From assembly GCA_963745075.1 (NCBI GenBank), contig CAVUWV010000012.1, positions 64,001 to 128,000 on the forward strand: a stretch of DNA of 64,000 bases, written 5' to 3'. A program made the position numbers and the translations under genes. How positions within the stretch are numbered: position 1 is the stretch's first letter; the number at the start of each line of letters is the position of its first letter. Origin of the DNA: Candidatus Hydrogenedentota bacterium. GTDB lineage: Bacteria > Hydrogenedentota > Hydrogenedentia > Hydrogenedentales > SLHB01. The notes beneath the pieces were generated by a model. That model ran no database searches. It worked only from the letters and a program-made list of their open reading frames with translations, and was not told where the DNA came from. Below are positions 30,001 through 39,655 of this stretch, piece by piece.

Positions 30001-30388
30001 CGTTGACGTCAATTCGGAGTTTCGGCGGGGAGCCGGCATGGGTGTCGGCAAGGTCCACGACCAGCGAGCATTCGCCGTCCGACACGACCCGATCCAGGCC
30101 GAAGTAGATGGTAAACGTGTGCAGTTTACCGCCGGCCCACGCGTCGCTCGGACCGGGATGCACGTAGGGCCAATCGGTGCCGGGATCGGACTGGCCTACG
30201 AGAAAGACGGGTTCTCCGCGGGACGAATCATATTGGTCGTAGTGATTGGGTGCATACGCGAACTCTGCGGTGTCGTTGTCCGCCTTGCCGATTTCCCACA
30301 ATGTCTTTTCTGCCGCGTAGGCCGACAGGAGGGGACCGCACAGCACAATTACCGCCAGAAACGTCCACGAAGAATAGCACTTAAACAT
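27043..30388 (-). CDS. GH38 alpha-mannosidase-like protein with an N-terminal PL4 domain-III-like module; five single-base frameshifts
   Basis: HHTHLDIGYT, AMITDVPG, DNGPP, GDFTPYWEDGAASSA, LYDEHTWG and MNNYWETNY motifs spread over four ORFs. Indels at about 29182, 28743, 28336, 28270 and 27742 restore one frame. Confidence 0.8.
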
Positions 30389-30723
30389 TCGATGCCCCCC
30401 TTGATGCGCGTGCCGCCGCTGCAGGATACGATTTATTAGCGTATCCTGAGGACGTTTCCGCAACCAGCCCTGATAGCCGAACCGAGACCGGATCACCTCT
30501 TCCGTTCCCCCAACGTCAGTCTACCAAATTCCCCTACGTCGGGCGACACGGCATGGTCTCCTATGCACAAAGCATGGAATCATACCGACAGGTGGCGAAT
30601 GGAGACTGACGGAACGGCGAGAGCAAAAGGGGCGCGCACTGCAAGACGCGAGCCGACGCATCACTCCCGGATGAACGACCCTGCCATCCGGGAGCGACAC
30701 GCCGACGATACGGTGAAACGAGA

Positions 30724-31477
30724 TTACGATTGTGCGTTGGCGGACTTTGCCCGTTGGTAAGCTGCCTCAAAAATAGGGACCGGGAACACGTACTCAAAAC
30801 ACCGGTTGCCGAGCATCATCGGCTGAATCGATTCGGGATGGGTGCGCGCAACGTCACGTATCAGATGACGAACCAGGTTCTGATGTTTGAACGTCTTCCA
30901 CTGCATGGAACTCGCCGAACTCACAGGCATCGCTTGGAAATCCGACCCTTTTGGACACCGTCAGAAGCGATTCGGAAATCCATGGGGTCAATCCTTCAAA
31001 GAGGTAGAGCGCACCCAAGTAGGCGAACGGATCCATCCGTGTGGCCGCGTAGTTCCAGAACGACGCGACGGCGCACGCCGACGGGCTCATGTTGATCTTA
31101 TCGGTACGTGATTCATCCCCGTCGAGAGCGAGAAAATCCCGTCTCGCCATCAGGCCATGATCGAATTCGTCTGCCTGATGCACGAGCATACTTTGAATCA
31201 GTTTTGGCGACACCGCTCGCGGCAGCCTGCCGATCGCGGAAATCGCGCCGGAGATCGCATCTTCCTGATACCAGACTATCTCCAGGTACACTTCGCGTAT
31301 GATGGAAATCAGGTTGTTGCGGTCCACGTTCTCCGCCGTCATCACTGACCAGGCTTCAGTCGAAATCAGCCGGTTCATAATATTCTGGATCCGCTCGTCA
31401 AGCCAATCCAAAAACCGGTCTGCATCGGGTATGGTCTCATTCAAGTTTGTTGATTCGATTCCCGTGGTAACTGCCAT
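30724..31477 (-). CDS. Heme-oxygenase-like diiron oxidase (iron-containing redox enzyme; CADD/PqqC/TenA fold); one frameshift at about 30890
   Basis: HQADEFDH, YLGALYLFEG and FHAVEDV|KH ligand pattern; the C-terminus continues in ORF 30724..30930; ATG at 31477 with AGGGA RBS. Confidence 0.75.
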
Positions 31478-31521
31478 GGCTGTGTCCCTTCTGTTTTCGT
31501 TTTTGCCAAGATTGGCGCTGC

Positions 31522-32184
31522 TTAAACTAATGATTGATTGCCGGAGTTGTTGCGGTGTGCTTCCAGCACCTTGTAAAGCGGCGATCCGCAGGCTGTGAGG
31601 TGATCTGCATCTAGGCACGAGAGCCGCATAATGTCCACGTCGCCGTATTCGGGATGGGAAACCATGCCCATCGGCACGAACCCCAGTTTCTGGAAAAACG
31701 CGACGAGGTGGGCGTTGCAGTCGATGTAGCAATGGACGTTGCGGTTTTCCACGCCGAACTGATAGATGGCAAGGGCGAGGTCGAGCCCCAGGCGCGTGGA
31801 TCGTTTGTGCCTGGCGACCATCAGCCGCGTGACGATGCTCGTTGTCTCTTCGTCAAAATCCGGATGGGCTCGACACCCATAGAGATTTACGTACTCGTCC
31901 AACCCGCCGTCCCGCGTAAAATTGACGCGCACGGTTCCCACGATCTCGTTATTCTCCCAGGCGGCGAGCACATGCCCCGTGGGCTCGAGGGGATCGCAGA
32001 TCGTTTTCGACGCGTGATCGGCGTAGAACTGTTTCCGGTTCATCTCCTCAACATAGACCGCGTACCAGAACCGCCGGACTTGTTCCCGTTCCGATTCGTT
32101 TTCCACAAGCCGGAGATTGCGGTTGCGCGGGTATTCGAAGCGAATAGGTTCAACTGGTACGGCGACATTCATGCTCTCAGTCAT
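31522..32184 (-). CDS. GNAT-fold N-acyl amino acid synthase (FeeM/NasY-like)
   Basis: RFWYAVYVEEM, IVGTVRVNF, SIVTRLMV...R and YIDCNAHLVAFFQKLGF motifs; ATG at 32184 with AGGAGG RBS. Confidence 0.75.
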   Translation of the reverse strand: MTESMNVAVPVEPIRFEYPRNRNLRLVENESEREQVRRFWYAVYVEEMNRKQFYADHASKTICDPLEPTGHVLAAWENNEIVGTVRVNFTRDGGLDEYVNLYGCRAHPDFDEETTSIVTRLMVARHKRSTRLGLDLALAIYQFGVENRNVHCYIDCNAHLVAFFQKLGFVPMGMVSHPEYGDVDIMRLSCLDADHLTACGSPLYKVLEAHRNNSGNQSLV

Positions 32185-32289
32185 TCTTCCCCTCCTGATA
32201 GGTTCACGGCATCGACGCACGAAGTGCGTTCTGCTTGCAGCCAACTCTTCATCGCGTGACGACCAGGACGCGACCGTCGGCATTGCATA

Positions 32290-32306
32290 GGCAAGATTCG
32301 GGCCAA
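32290..32306 (-). promoter_or_regulatory. Sigma54 (-24/-12) promoter for the acyl-synthase/diiron-oxidase operon
   Basis: Minus strand TTGGCCCGAATCTTGCC fits GG-N10-GC, about 105 nt upstream of the ATG. Confidence 0.65.
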
Positions 32307-32503
32307 GTGCAGTCCTTCCGAGGCCGTGCACTCGAAGGTGTTTTATCAAAAAGGTTTAGGCGGAGCATGCGAGGGACGGACGGGGCTACCCTGTCGCTCG
32401 TTGGTGGTCCAGTACCTGAACCATGCGGTACAGCTACTGGGCCATTTGCATTGAGCGTCGATGCTGCGTTCGTCCGATTCACGGGGGATAGAAATTGGTG
32501 TTT

Positions 32504-32528
32504 CGCATCCGATCGGTTGCGGGATGCG
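32504..32528. promoter_or_regulatory. Palindrome CGCATCC-N11-GGATGCG, candidate enhancer
   Basis: 7-bp inverted repeat in the divergent intergenic region, about 200 bp upstream of the -24 element. Confidence 0.35.
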
Positions 32529-32669
32529 GAGCGCTCCGGATCGGAAACGGGCATACGGGAATCACGCGCGACGCCCATGGTTGGAACCGTGGCAATACTA
32601 TCTACCGGAATCGGTGATACGCGCTCAGCGCGTGCAGAGCATTTGCCGTGACGGGAAGATATTCGTAGA

Positions 32670-34862
32670 ATGCGCAGTATGCCGTTCGATGCGGAAACCA
32701 TGGGTTCATACCGTCTTGTCCACGAATTGGGGCGGGGCGGAATGGGGGTCGTGTACCTTGCCGAAGATACGCAGTTGAGCCGCACGGTCGCGCTCAAATT
32801 CCTGTTTCCGACCCTCGCCAACGATCGGGCGTTCATCGACCGCTTCCAGCAGGAGGCGCGGGCCATATCGGGGCTGAACCATCCCCACATCGTGCACATC
32901 AACAGTTTCCAACGGTTTGACGACCAACAGGTTGCCATCGACATGGAATACGTCGGCGGCGGGTCCTTGGGGCAGTTGATGGCCGGGCGGAAAGCGGACG
33001 CGCCCGCTGGTGCGGTTTCGATGGATGCCATCGTGACGATTGCCTATGAAACACTGTTGGGGTTGCAGGCCTGTCACCATCTCGGCGTGGTCCATCGCGA
33101 CATCAAGCCGAGCAACATCCTGCTTACCGGCGAGGGCCGTGTGAAGATCACGGATTTCGGTTTGGCCACGGCGTACGCCTCGCATCTGGAAGCGTCGGTG
33201 GCGCGGACGACGAGTTCGAGCTTCTTCATGGGCACGCCCCGGTTTGCACCGCCGGAAGCCTGGGAATGCCTGAAACCGGAGCCCATGTGGGATTTCTACT
33301 CCCTGGGCGTCGTCCTTTACGAGGCATTGACGGGAGTCATTCCTTACGACGGGGGCTCGCCGCTGGCGATCATCAAACAGATGACAGGGGAAAAACCCCC
33401 GACGGTGCGCGAGGTAAATCCGAGTATTTCGGAGCCGCTGGGCGCCCTGGTAGATTCCATGATGTCCCGTTCACCCGAGGAACGGCCGCAAAGCGCCGAG
33501 GAAGCGATCGAAGCCTTGCGTGCAACACCGGAGTTTCCCAAGGGCGACGATGGGGAAGGGCCGACGATCGTTCTGCCGCTCAAGGTGCGGGGCGATCGCA
33601 CGGCGAAAACCTGGTCGAGATCGTCCCGGGCGTTGGTCGCGTCGCTTGCGCTTGTTGCCGTGGTCTTCGTAGGGTCGCTCTTCGCGTGGTTTCAGTGGTC
33701 CCCGTCGCGTAACCCCTCGGGGCCGGCGGAATCACCGTCCGCGTCGCAAACACCATCGCCTGCGAAAGCGGAAGCGGCACTTGCATCATCCCGGTTTGCC
33801 GAAGGGCAATGCCGGGTGTATTCCGTCACGTCGATCGGGGGCGAGGCCTTGCCCGGTTGTTCGCTGTTGTATGTGCGCGGGAACGACGGCGGTGGCCAGT
33901 TCGTCGCGTATTGGGAATCCGGCATGCTTCGCGCGGACGCGGCGTCCGAGGCAGGTAACGTTCTGGAACTTCGCGGCGGATGGGCGCGTTTCCGCGATAG
34001 GTTCGGCCGGGCCGTGCAACGGGGCACCTTGACGGGCACCGGTCAATGGCTTGCCGAACGCAACGCGTTTACCGCGACACTGCGGATGGTCAACGATTCC
34101 GACAATACGGTCTTCGATGCGACATTGAGCGGCGTGACCCGAGACCCGCGCGAAAGCGACACCCAATTCTTCGCGACACTCGAGGAGCAACCGAGTGTAA
34201 TGTCGCTGATTTACAACGAGTTGCTGCCGCGGGGCATCGATTGGGCGATCCAATGCGAGGGGTATCTGCCGGCACTGCCCGGCGCGCGATACGCGGTGCC
34301 CGCGATCGATGCCGGTGCCGTTCGCGTTGACGGGATTCTTTCCGAGGAAACCTGGTTCAAAGCATATTATGACGAAACCGGACGGATCGGCGAATTGAAA
34401 TCACTTCCGGGATCCGAACCCGTCAGCCTGCACGTGCGCAGTACGCCACAAAACGCGTTTCTCGGCGTGAGCATCCCGGTCAAGGGAAGCAGTGCTTTGC
34501 GGCTGGCGATTGCCGTTCAAGATCGCGTCGGATTGCCTTTCAACCTGACGCCGCGCTACGTCATCCGTGTCAGCGATGACGCGCCGATCGAATTCACGCG
34601 ATATGTCGGGTCTCGCGAGGCGCCGTGGGAAACCCCGTGGCACGTGGAGACAGGGCAGTCGGAGAATGCGTGGACCGTGGAGCTGGCAATACCGAGGATC
34701 GATACCGGCGATGACGCCGCACGCATGCGATTGAACGCGGCACTCTTCCGCGTGGCCCCCGGTGGCGAAGCGACGCCCATCGCAACGTGGGGGTGGCCCG
34801 AACTCGACGCAACACGGCACGGCGCCCTATTGGTGTTCAAAACTGTGAATGGGGCTAGATAA
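32670..34862 (+). CDS. Membrane Ser/Thr kinase A with an uncharacterised extracytoplasmic region (C-terminal CBM9/DOMON-like)
   Basis: GRGGMGVVY, VALK, HRDIKPSN, DFG and GTPRFAPPE motifs; TM ALVASLALVAVVFVGSLFAW; VRVDGILSEETW. Confidence 0.92.
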   Translation: MRSMPFDAETMGSYRLVHELGRGGMGVVYLAEDTQLSRTVALKFLFPTLANDRAFIDRFQQEARAISGLNHPHIVHINSFQRFDDQQVAIDMEYVGGGSLGQLMAGRKADAPAGAVSMDAIVTIAYETLLGLQACHHLGVVHRDIKPSNILLTGEGRVKITDFGLATAYASHLEASVARTTSSSFFMGTPRFAPPEAWECLKPEPMWDFYSLGVVLYEALTGVIPYDGGSPLAIIKQMTGEKPPTVREVNPSISEPLGALVDSMMSRSPEERPQSAEEAIEALRATPEFPKGDDGEGPTIVLPLKVRGDRTAKTWSRSSRALVASLALVAVVFVGSLFAWFQWSPSRNPSGPAESPSASQTPSPAKAEAALASSRFAEGQCRVYSVTSIGGEALPGCSLLYVRGNDGGGQFVAYWESGMLRADAASEAGNVLELRGGWARFRDRFGRAVQRGTLTGTGQWLAERNAFTATLRMVNDSDNTVFDATLSGVTRDPRESDTQFFATLEEQPSVMSLIYNELLPRGIDWAIQCEGYLPALPGARYAVPAIDAGAVRVDGILSEETWFKAYYDETGRIGELKSLPGSEPVSLHVRSTPQNAFLGVSIPVKGSSALRLAIAVQDRVGLPFNLTPRYVIRVSDDAPIEFTRYVGSREAPWETPWHVETGQSENAWTVELAIPRIDTGDDAARMRLNAALFRVAPGGEATPIATWGWPELDATRHGALLVFKTVNGAR

Positions 34863-34885
34863 CAATCCGTTTGGGAGTAGGCGAT

Positions 34886-37064
34886 GTGATTCGGACAATG
34901 ATCGCCCATTGAGTTCGGTGCGGCACTGCTGTTCCTGGTGAGCCTGCTCCCGTGCTTCAGCGGAGGAACGGTACACGCGCAGGAACCTGAAGAGGCATTC
35001 GTTCCGCCGTCGTCCAATCCGGCATCGCTTACCGTCGTGAATGACCTGCTGCTGTTCGTCGCCGACGACGGCCTGCACGGCCGGGAGCTGTGGCGGTACC
35101 ACGACCGGACCGACGAAGCCGCAATGGTCGCGGATTTGACGAAGGGCCCGGAGGAGACAATCTTTGGACCAATGGTCTCGTTTGCGCAGCATTGCCTGTT
35201 TGGCGTCCGCGATGCCGAGCATGGAAGTGAACTTTGGATCACGGACGGCACCGAGAAGGGCACGGCTCGTCTCGCACGCTGGGATTTTGGACCGGAGAAA
35301 GGGTTCGCCTATTTTCTGGGCGAGTTGGACGGTCAGTATATCTTCGCCGTTGATGAGGCGTTCGCGACACGGTTGTGGCGGACGGATGGGACCCCGGAAG
35401 GCACGCGATCGGTAATGGAGTCGGAGGGCGGCACCTCGCCGATGGTGGAGCGCGATTGCGCCTGCCGGGTCGGCGACGCACTCCTGTTTCCCGCCTATGT
35501 CGCCGGGTCGAAGGCCGGCGAATTCCGCTCCGGATTGTGGCGCACAGACGGAACCGCGGAGGGCACGTCGGAACTTCGAACCTTTCTCGAAGCGCCCGAA
35601 GAACTGATTTCTATCGACTCCGGCGCGATTTTCAGTGCCTATACCGAAAAAACCGGGCATGAAGCTTGGATTACAGACGGCACATCCGATGGCACTCGAC
35701 TTCTGCACGATATCGTGGAAGGCCCGGGGTCATCGGGGCCGAAGGGATTTTGCCCGTTTGGACCACGTTTTATCTTCTCCGCGTGGCGGGAGCGCACGGG
35801 CACCGAATTATGGTTGTCCGGCAACGCTCCCGGTGACTTGACGGAGGTGGACATCGAGCCCGGTGCGAATGGGTCGGACCCCTATGCGTTCAAGGCGGCA
35901 GGGCCGTATGTGTATTTCTGCGCGACACGCAGCGGCTTTGGCAAAGAGTTATGGCGTTCCGACGGCACACCCGAAGAAACTATTCGGTTGACGGATAGCC
36001 GTCCCGGGCCGCTGTCGGGAGAACCGTATGCGTTGTGCGTCTTGAACAACCAGGTGTTCTTCAGCGCCCACAACGACGAATACGGCGAGGAACTTTGGGT
36101 TAGCCGGGGTGACCCCGCGAATACGCAAATGGTGTTGGATATCGCGAAGGGCCCCATGAGTTCGGAACCGTATGGAACGGTCGTGTATCACGGTCTGGTG
36201 TATTTCGCAGCCACCCATCCGCTCCACGGCCGGGAACTCTGGCGCAGCAACGGCTCGCCCGAAGGGACCGCCTTGGTCAAGGATATCAACAACGATCTCC
36301 GCATCAACCCGTCGTCCGCGCCGCAGCAGTTGACCCCCGCCGGCAAGCGGCTTTTCTTCGTGGCGAACGATATCCAGCACGGCGCCGAATTGTGGCGCAC
36401 GGATGGGACGCGGGCCGGCAGCGCCATGGTGCGCGACATCTATCCCGGCCGGGCCAGTTCGGACCCACGGAATCTGACTGCGGTGGGGGAACGCGTTTAT
36501 TTCAGCGCGGATGATGGCGCACATGGCGTCGAACTCTGGCAGTCCGATGGCGAAGCGACCGGCACGTCGCTCGTAGTCGATATCGCCCAGGAAGGGTCGT
36601 CCGGGCCGCGGGAGCTGACGGCCTTTGGAGACGTGCTGATGTTTGTGGCACATCGCCCCAGCGACGGCGAGGAACTCTGGATTACCGAACCGGGCGGCGC
36701 GCGCCGCATGCGGGACATCGCGCCGGGGCCGGCTTCCTCGAGCCCGCGCGACCTGGCCGTCTGGCAGGGAGCGGTTTATTTCCGTGCCGACGACGGGGTG
36801 CATGGCGAGGAACTCTGGCGCAGCGACGGCACGGAGCGCGGCACGTTTATGGTGAAGGATATCGTTCCTGTGCCGTACGAGGGGGCTTCGTTGGAGGAAA
36901 TCGTTCCGAACGGCGATCGGCTGTATTTTGCGGCCGACGATCGGGTCCATGGATTGGAGTTGTGGACGTTTGGGCCGGAAGATGCTAGATTACCCTCAGT
37001 CCTTGACCTGGTGACCTTAGACGATATTCTAGTGACCTCACATTCACCGACGGGGAGCCCGTAG
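34886..37064 (+). CDS. Secreted ELWxxDGT-repeat beta-propeller protein A; probable +1 error in the signal peptide at 34905-34907
   Basis: More than 12 repeats of ADDG.HG.ELWRSDGT..GT. GTG at 34886 follows a GGGAG RBS and gives MIRTMIAIEFGAALLFLVSLL.. if one C is removed. Confidence 0.9.
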
Positions 37065-37068
37065 CCAA

Positions 37069-38895
37069 ATGCACGAGCTGGTCGAACGAACCGGCGCCTC
37101 CGAAGGACGGCGCTGGACCATCAAACGCGAGCCCATGCTGCTGGGGCGCAGCGCGCAGTGCGACATCCGCGTCATCGATACCATTGTGTCGCGCCGGCAC
37201 TGCGAGATCTGGGAGTCCGACGCGGGCGTCCACTTCCGGGACCTGGGCAGCAGCAACGCCTCGCTGATCAATGGCGAGCCCATCCACGAAACGGTGTTGC
37301 GCACCGGCGATGAGATCTCCATTGGCGGCCATGTGTTCGTCGTCGCTTCGGCCGAAGTGAAGAATGATTTTCTGGATGCGTCCGTGGACGATCCAACCCC
37401 CATTACGGTTGCGTTGTCCGAAAGTGTGTACGCGCTGGACGAGGTATGTGAAGTTGATAAGCCGGGGTTTACGGCAGAAGACGGATTCCGCTCGTTGCTG
37501 GCTTTCAGCCGCCAACTCAGCCGAATCGAGACGGTGACGGAATCGCTCGAATGCCTGGAGCGCCTTCTCGTGGATCGGTTCAAGCCGGAGGCGTTGTGGG
37601 TGGTGACGTTTCGCGGCGCGGAACGTGAACCCTTACAACAACGCATTGTTGGCGATGCCACGTCCGGCAACATCCCCGTCGACGCGATTCACCGCGCGGC
37701 GCAACAGACCGCCGGGTTTCTCGTGCCGTTGACCCACCGCGGCGGCAAACGGAGCGCGCTGCAGACCCTCATGGTGACGCCGCTCACCATCGGAAACGAG
37801 GCCATCGGCGCCATCGCCGCGCAGGCCGGCCTGCCCCATGGCGTGTTCGACGAGAGCGATCTCGAGTTCTTCATCGCCGTCGCCCACACCTTTGCCCCGT
37901 ATTTCCGTGCGCTCGGGCGTGCCGCGCAATTGAAACGGGACTATGAACGATCCGACGCCGCGTTGGATCGGAGCAGCGGGCTTATCGGAGAAACCCCCGT
38001 CATGCGGCGCGTGCGTAAAGAGCTTCGACGGGCCGCCGAGACGCCCTTAAACGTACTGCTCTGCGGAGAAACGGGGACGGGCAAGGAACTCGCCGCGCGC
38101 ATGCTTCACGATGAGTCCCCCCGCGCCGACGGACCTTATATCGTGGTGAACTGCGCTGCGATCCCGTCCAACTTGTTCGAAAGCGAGATCTTCGGTCACG
38201 AGCAAGGCGCGTTTACCGGCGCGACCCGCCGCAAGATCGGCCGTTTCGAAGAGGCCCATGGCGGCACCCTGTTTCTGGACGAGATCGGCGATCTCTCCGA
38301 AGAGAATCAGGCCTGCCTGTTACGGGCCATTGAAGTCGGCTCGTTCAACCGCGTGGGTGGTCCGGCCATCATCGTCGACGTACGCGTTGTCGCGGCGACC
38401 AACCGGTTGTCGGTCAATGCCTCCCATCCGCAATGCATGCGGTCCGACCTTTACCACCGCTTGAGCGGGTTCGAAATCCACTTGCCGCCGCTGCGGGAGC
38501 GCATAAAGGACGTCGGTCCGCTCGCGGAGCATTTTCTTCAGCAATTTAACCGGCACAACGGCACCTTCATCGCGGGTATCGCGCCGGAGGCGTACCAGGC
38601 CCTGTCGGAATGGTACTGGCCCGGCAACGTCCGCGAGTTGCGGGCCTGCATCGAACGCGCCGCGTCACTCACGCAAAGCGACACGATTCAACTCAGCGAC
38701 ATCCTGCTCCGCGACCCGGTCGCCCGAGCTGCCGAACAGTCCGGTGTGAAATTGACACTCGCCGAGGCCGAAAAGAAGCACATCCTCGCCGTGCTTCAGC
38801 ACAATCAGGGCAACATCCGCGCGACCGCGCGTGCCCTCGACATCTCCCGCACCACGCTCTACAAAAAATTCGAGGACTACGGCATCACGTCGTAG
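37069..38895 (+). CDS. FHA-GAF-AAA+-HTH sigma54 enhancer-binding protein A
   Basis: FHA domain (LGRS..VSRRH..SSN), GAF-like middle, [29 protein letters not shown] and a Fis-type HTH (ISRTTLYKK). Confidence 0.95.
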   Translation: MHELVERTGASEGRRWTIKREPMLLGRSAQCDIRVIDTIVSRRHCEIWESDAGVHFRDLGSSNASLINGEPIHETVLRTGDEISIGGHVFVVASAEVKNDFLDASVDDPTPITVALSESVYALDEVCEVDKPGFTAEDGFRSLLAFSRQLSRIETVTESLECLERLLVDRFKPEALWVVTFRGAEREPLQQRIVGDATSGNIPVDAIHRAAQQTAGFLVPLTHRGGKRSALQTLMVTPLTIGNEAIGAIAAQAGLPHGVFDESDLEFFIAVAHTFAPYFRALGRAAQLKRDYERSDAALDRSSGLIGETPVMRRVRKELRRAAETPLNVLLCGETGTGKELAARMLHDESPRADGPYIVVNCAAIPSNLFESEIFGHEQGAFTGATRRKIGRFEEAHGGTLFLDEIGDLSEENQACLLRAIEVGSFNRVGGPAIIVDVRVVAATNRLSVNASHPQCMRSDLYHRLSGFEIHLPPLRERIKDVGPLAEHFLQQFNRHNGTFIAGIAPEAYQALSEWYWPGNVRELRACIERAASLTQSDTIQLSDILLRDPVARAAEQSGVKLTLAEAEKKHILAVLQHNQGNIRATARALDISRTTLYKKFEDYGITS

Positions 38896-39206
38896 ACTCG
38901 ACTGGCTTCAGTCGCTCATGGGCTGTGTGCGCAATCACCGTAGTACGTGGCTTCTCATGTTAACTCCCAATCCAAGCGAATCGTTTTGGGGCGATGCCCA
39001 CGCGGAGTTCGCAGTCTTCGACGATCGCCAACACAAGTGTGTATGGTGGAATCCACACGAAAACATCATTCGCAGTCTTCGTAATTTTTCGCTTTGTAAC
39101 TAGCTGAAGTGTAATTGGTTATCAAGGTTCAGCGCTTTGCAGGCATGGGCGGCGCTTGTGACCTCAAGCGGCCGGTTCCGATGTCCCAAAGGTCCAAATG
39201 TTCTAT

Positions 39207-39414
39207 CCCGGGATTCTCACACGCATCAAACGTCGAATCCGTAAATCCAAACCGCCCTGGAGCTTCGCGCGTTGGTCCGAGCTTTTGGGGTTCGCAGAGC
39301 GCGCTCGGGAATTCCTCAACTGTGAGCCTTCGGTCTTTCTCGAAAGCATTTCTCACCGCGTCCAAGGTACCGGTTCAGCAAGACGACGATTTTCGGGGCG
39401 GTGAGAAATGCGGG
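39207..39414 (+). mobile_element. MITE-like element, full-length copy (208 bp)
   Basis: Ends CCCGGGATTCTCAC ... GTGAGAAATGCGGG; flanks CTAT and CTAC; shares CCAAACCGCCCTGGAGCTTCGCG and CTCGAAAGCATTTCTCACCG with copy 1. Confidence 0.8.
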
Positions 39415-39655
39415 CTACACCTTTCATCCCGCTCATTCTATACGCCTGACGCCCGCCGGATCTCCTGGTTCCCCACGCTGGTTCCCGTTGCCGCCAAAAC
39501 CTTTAGCGCAGCCGTCGATTGGAAACGACTGTGCACTATCCAGTATCTTAGTTGGCGTGTGAAGTTGTGTTGCCGTCTCTGTGCTTGGTATGTGTGAGTC
39601 CCGTATTCATTGAGGATTACGGGCGGGAAGTTTGGTTCCTTAGTATGGGGTCAGT

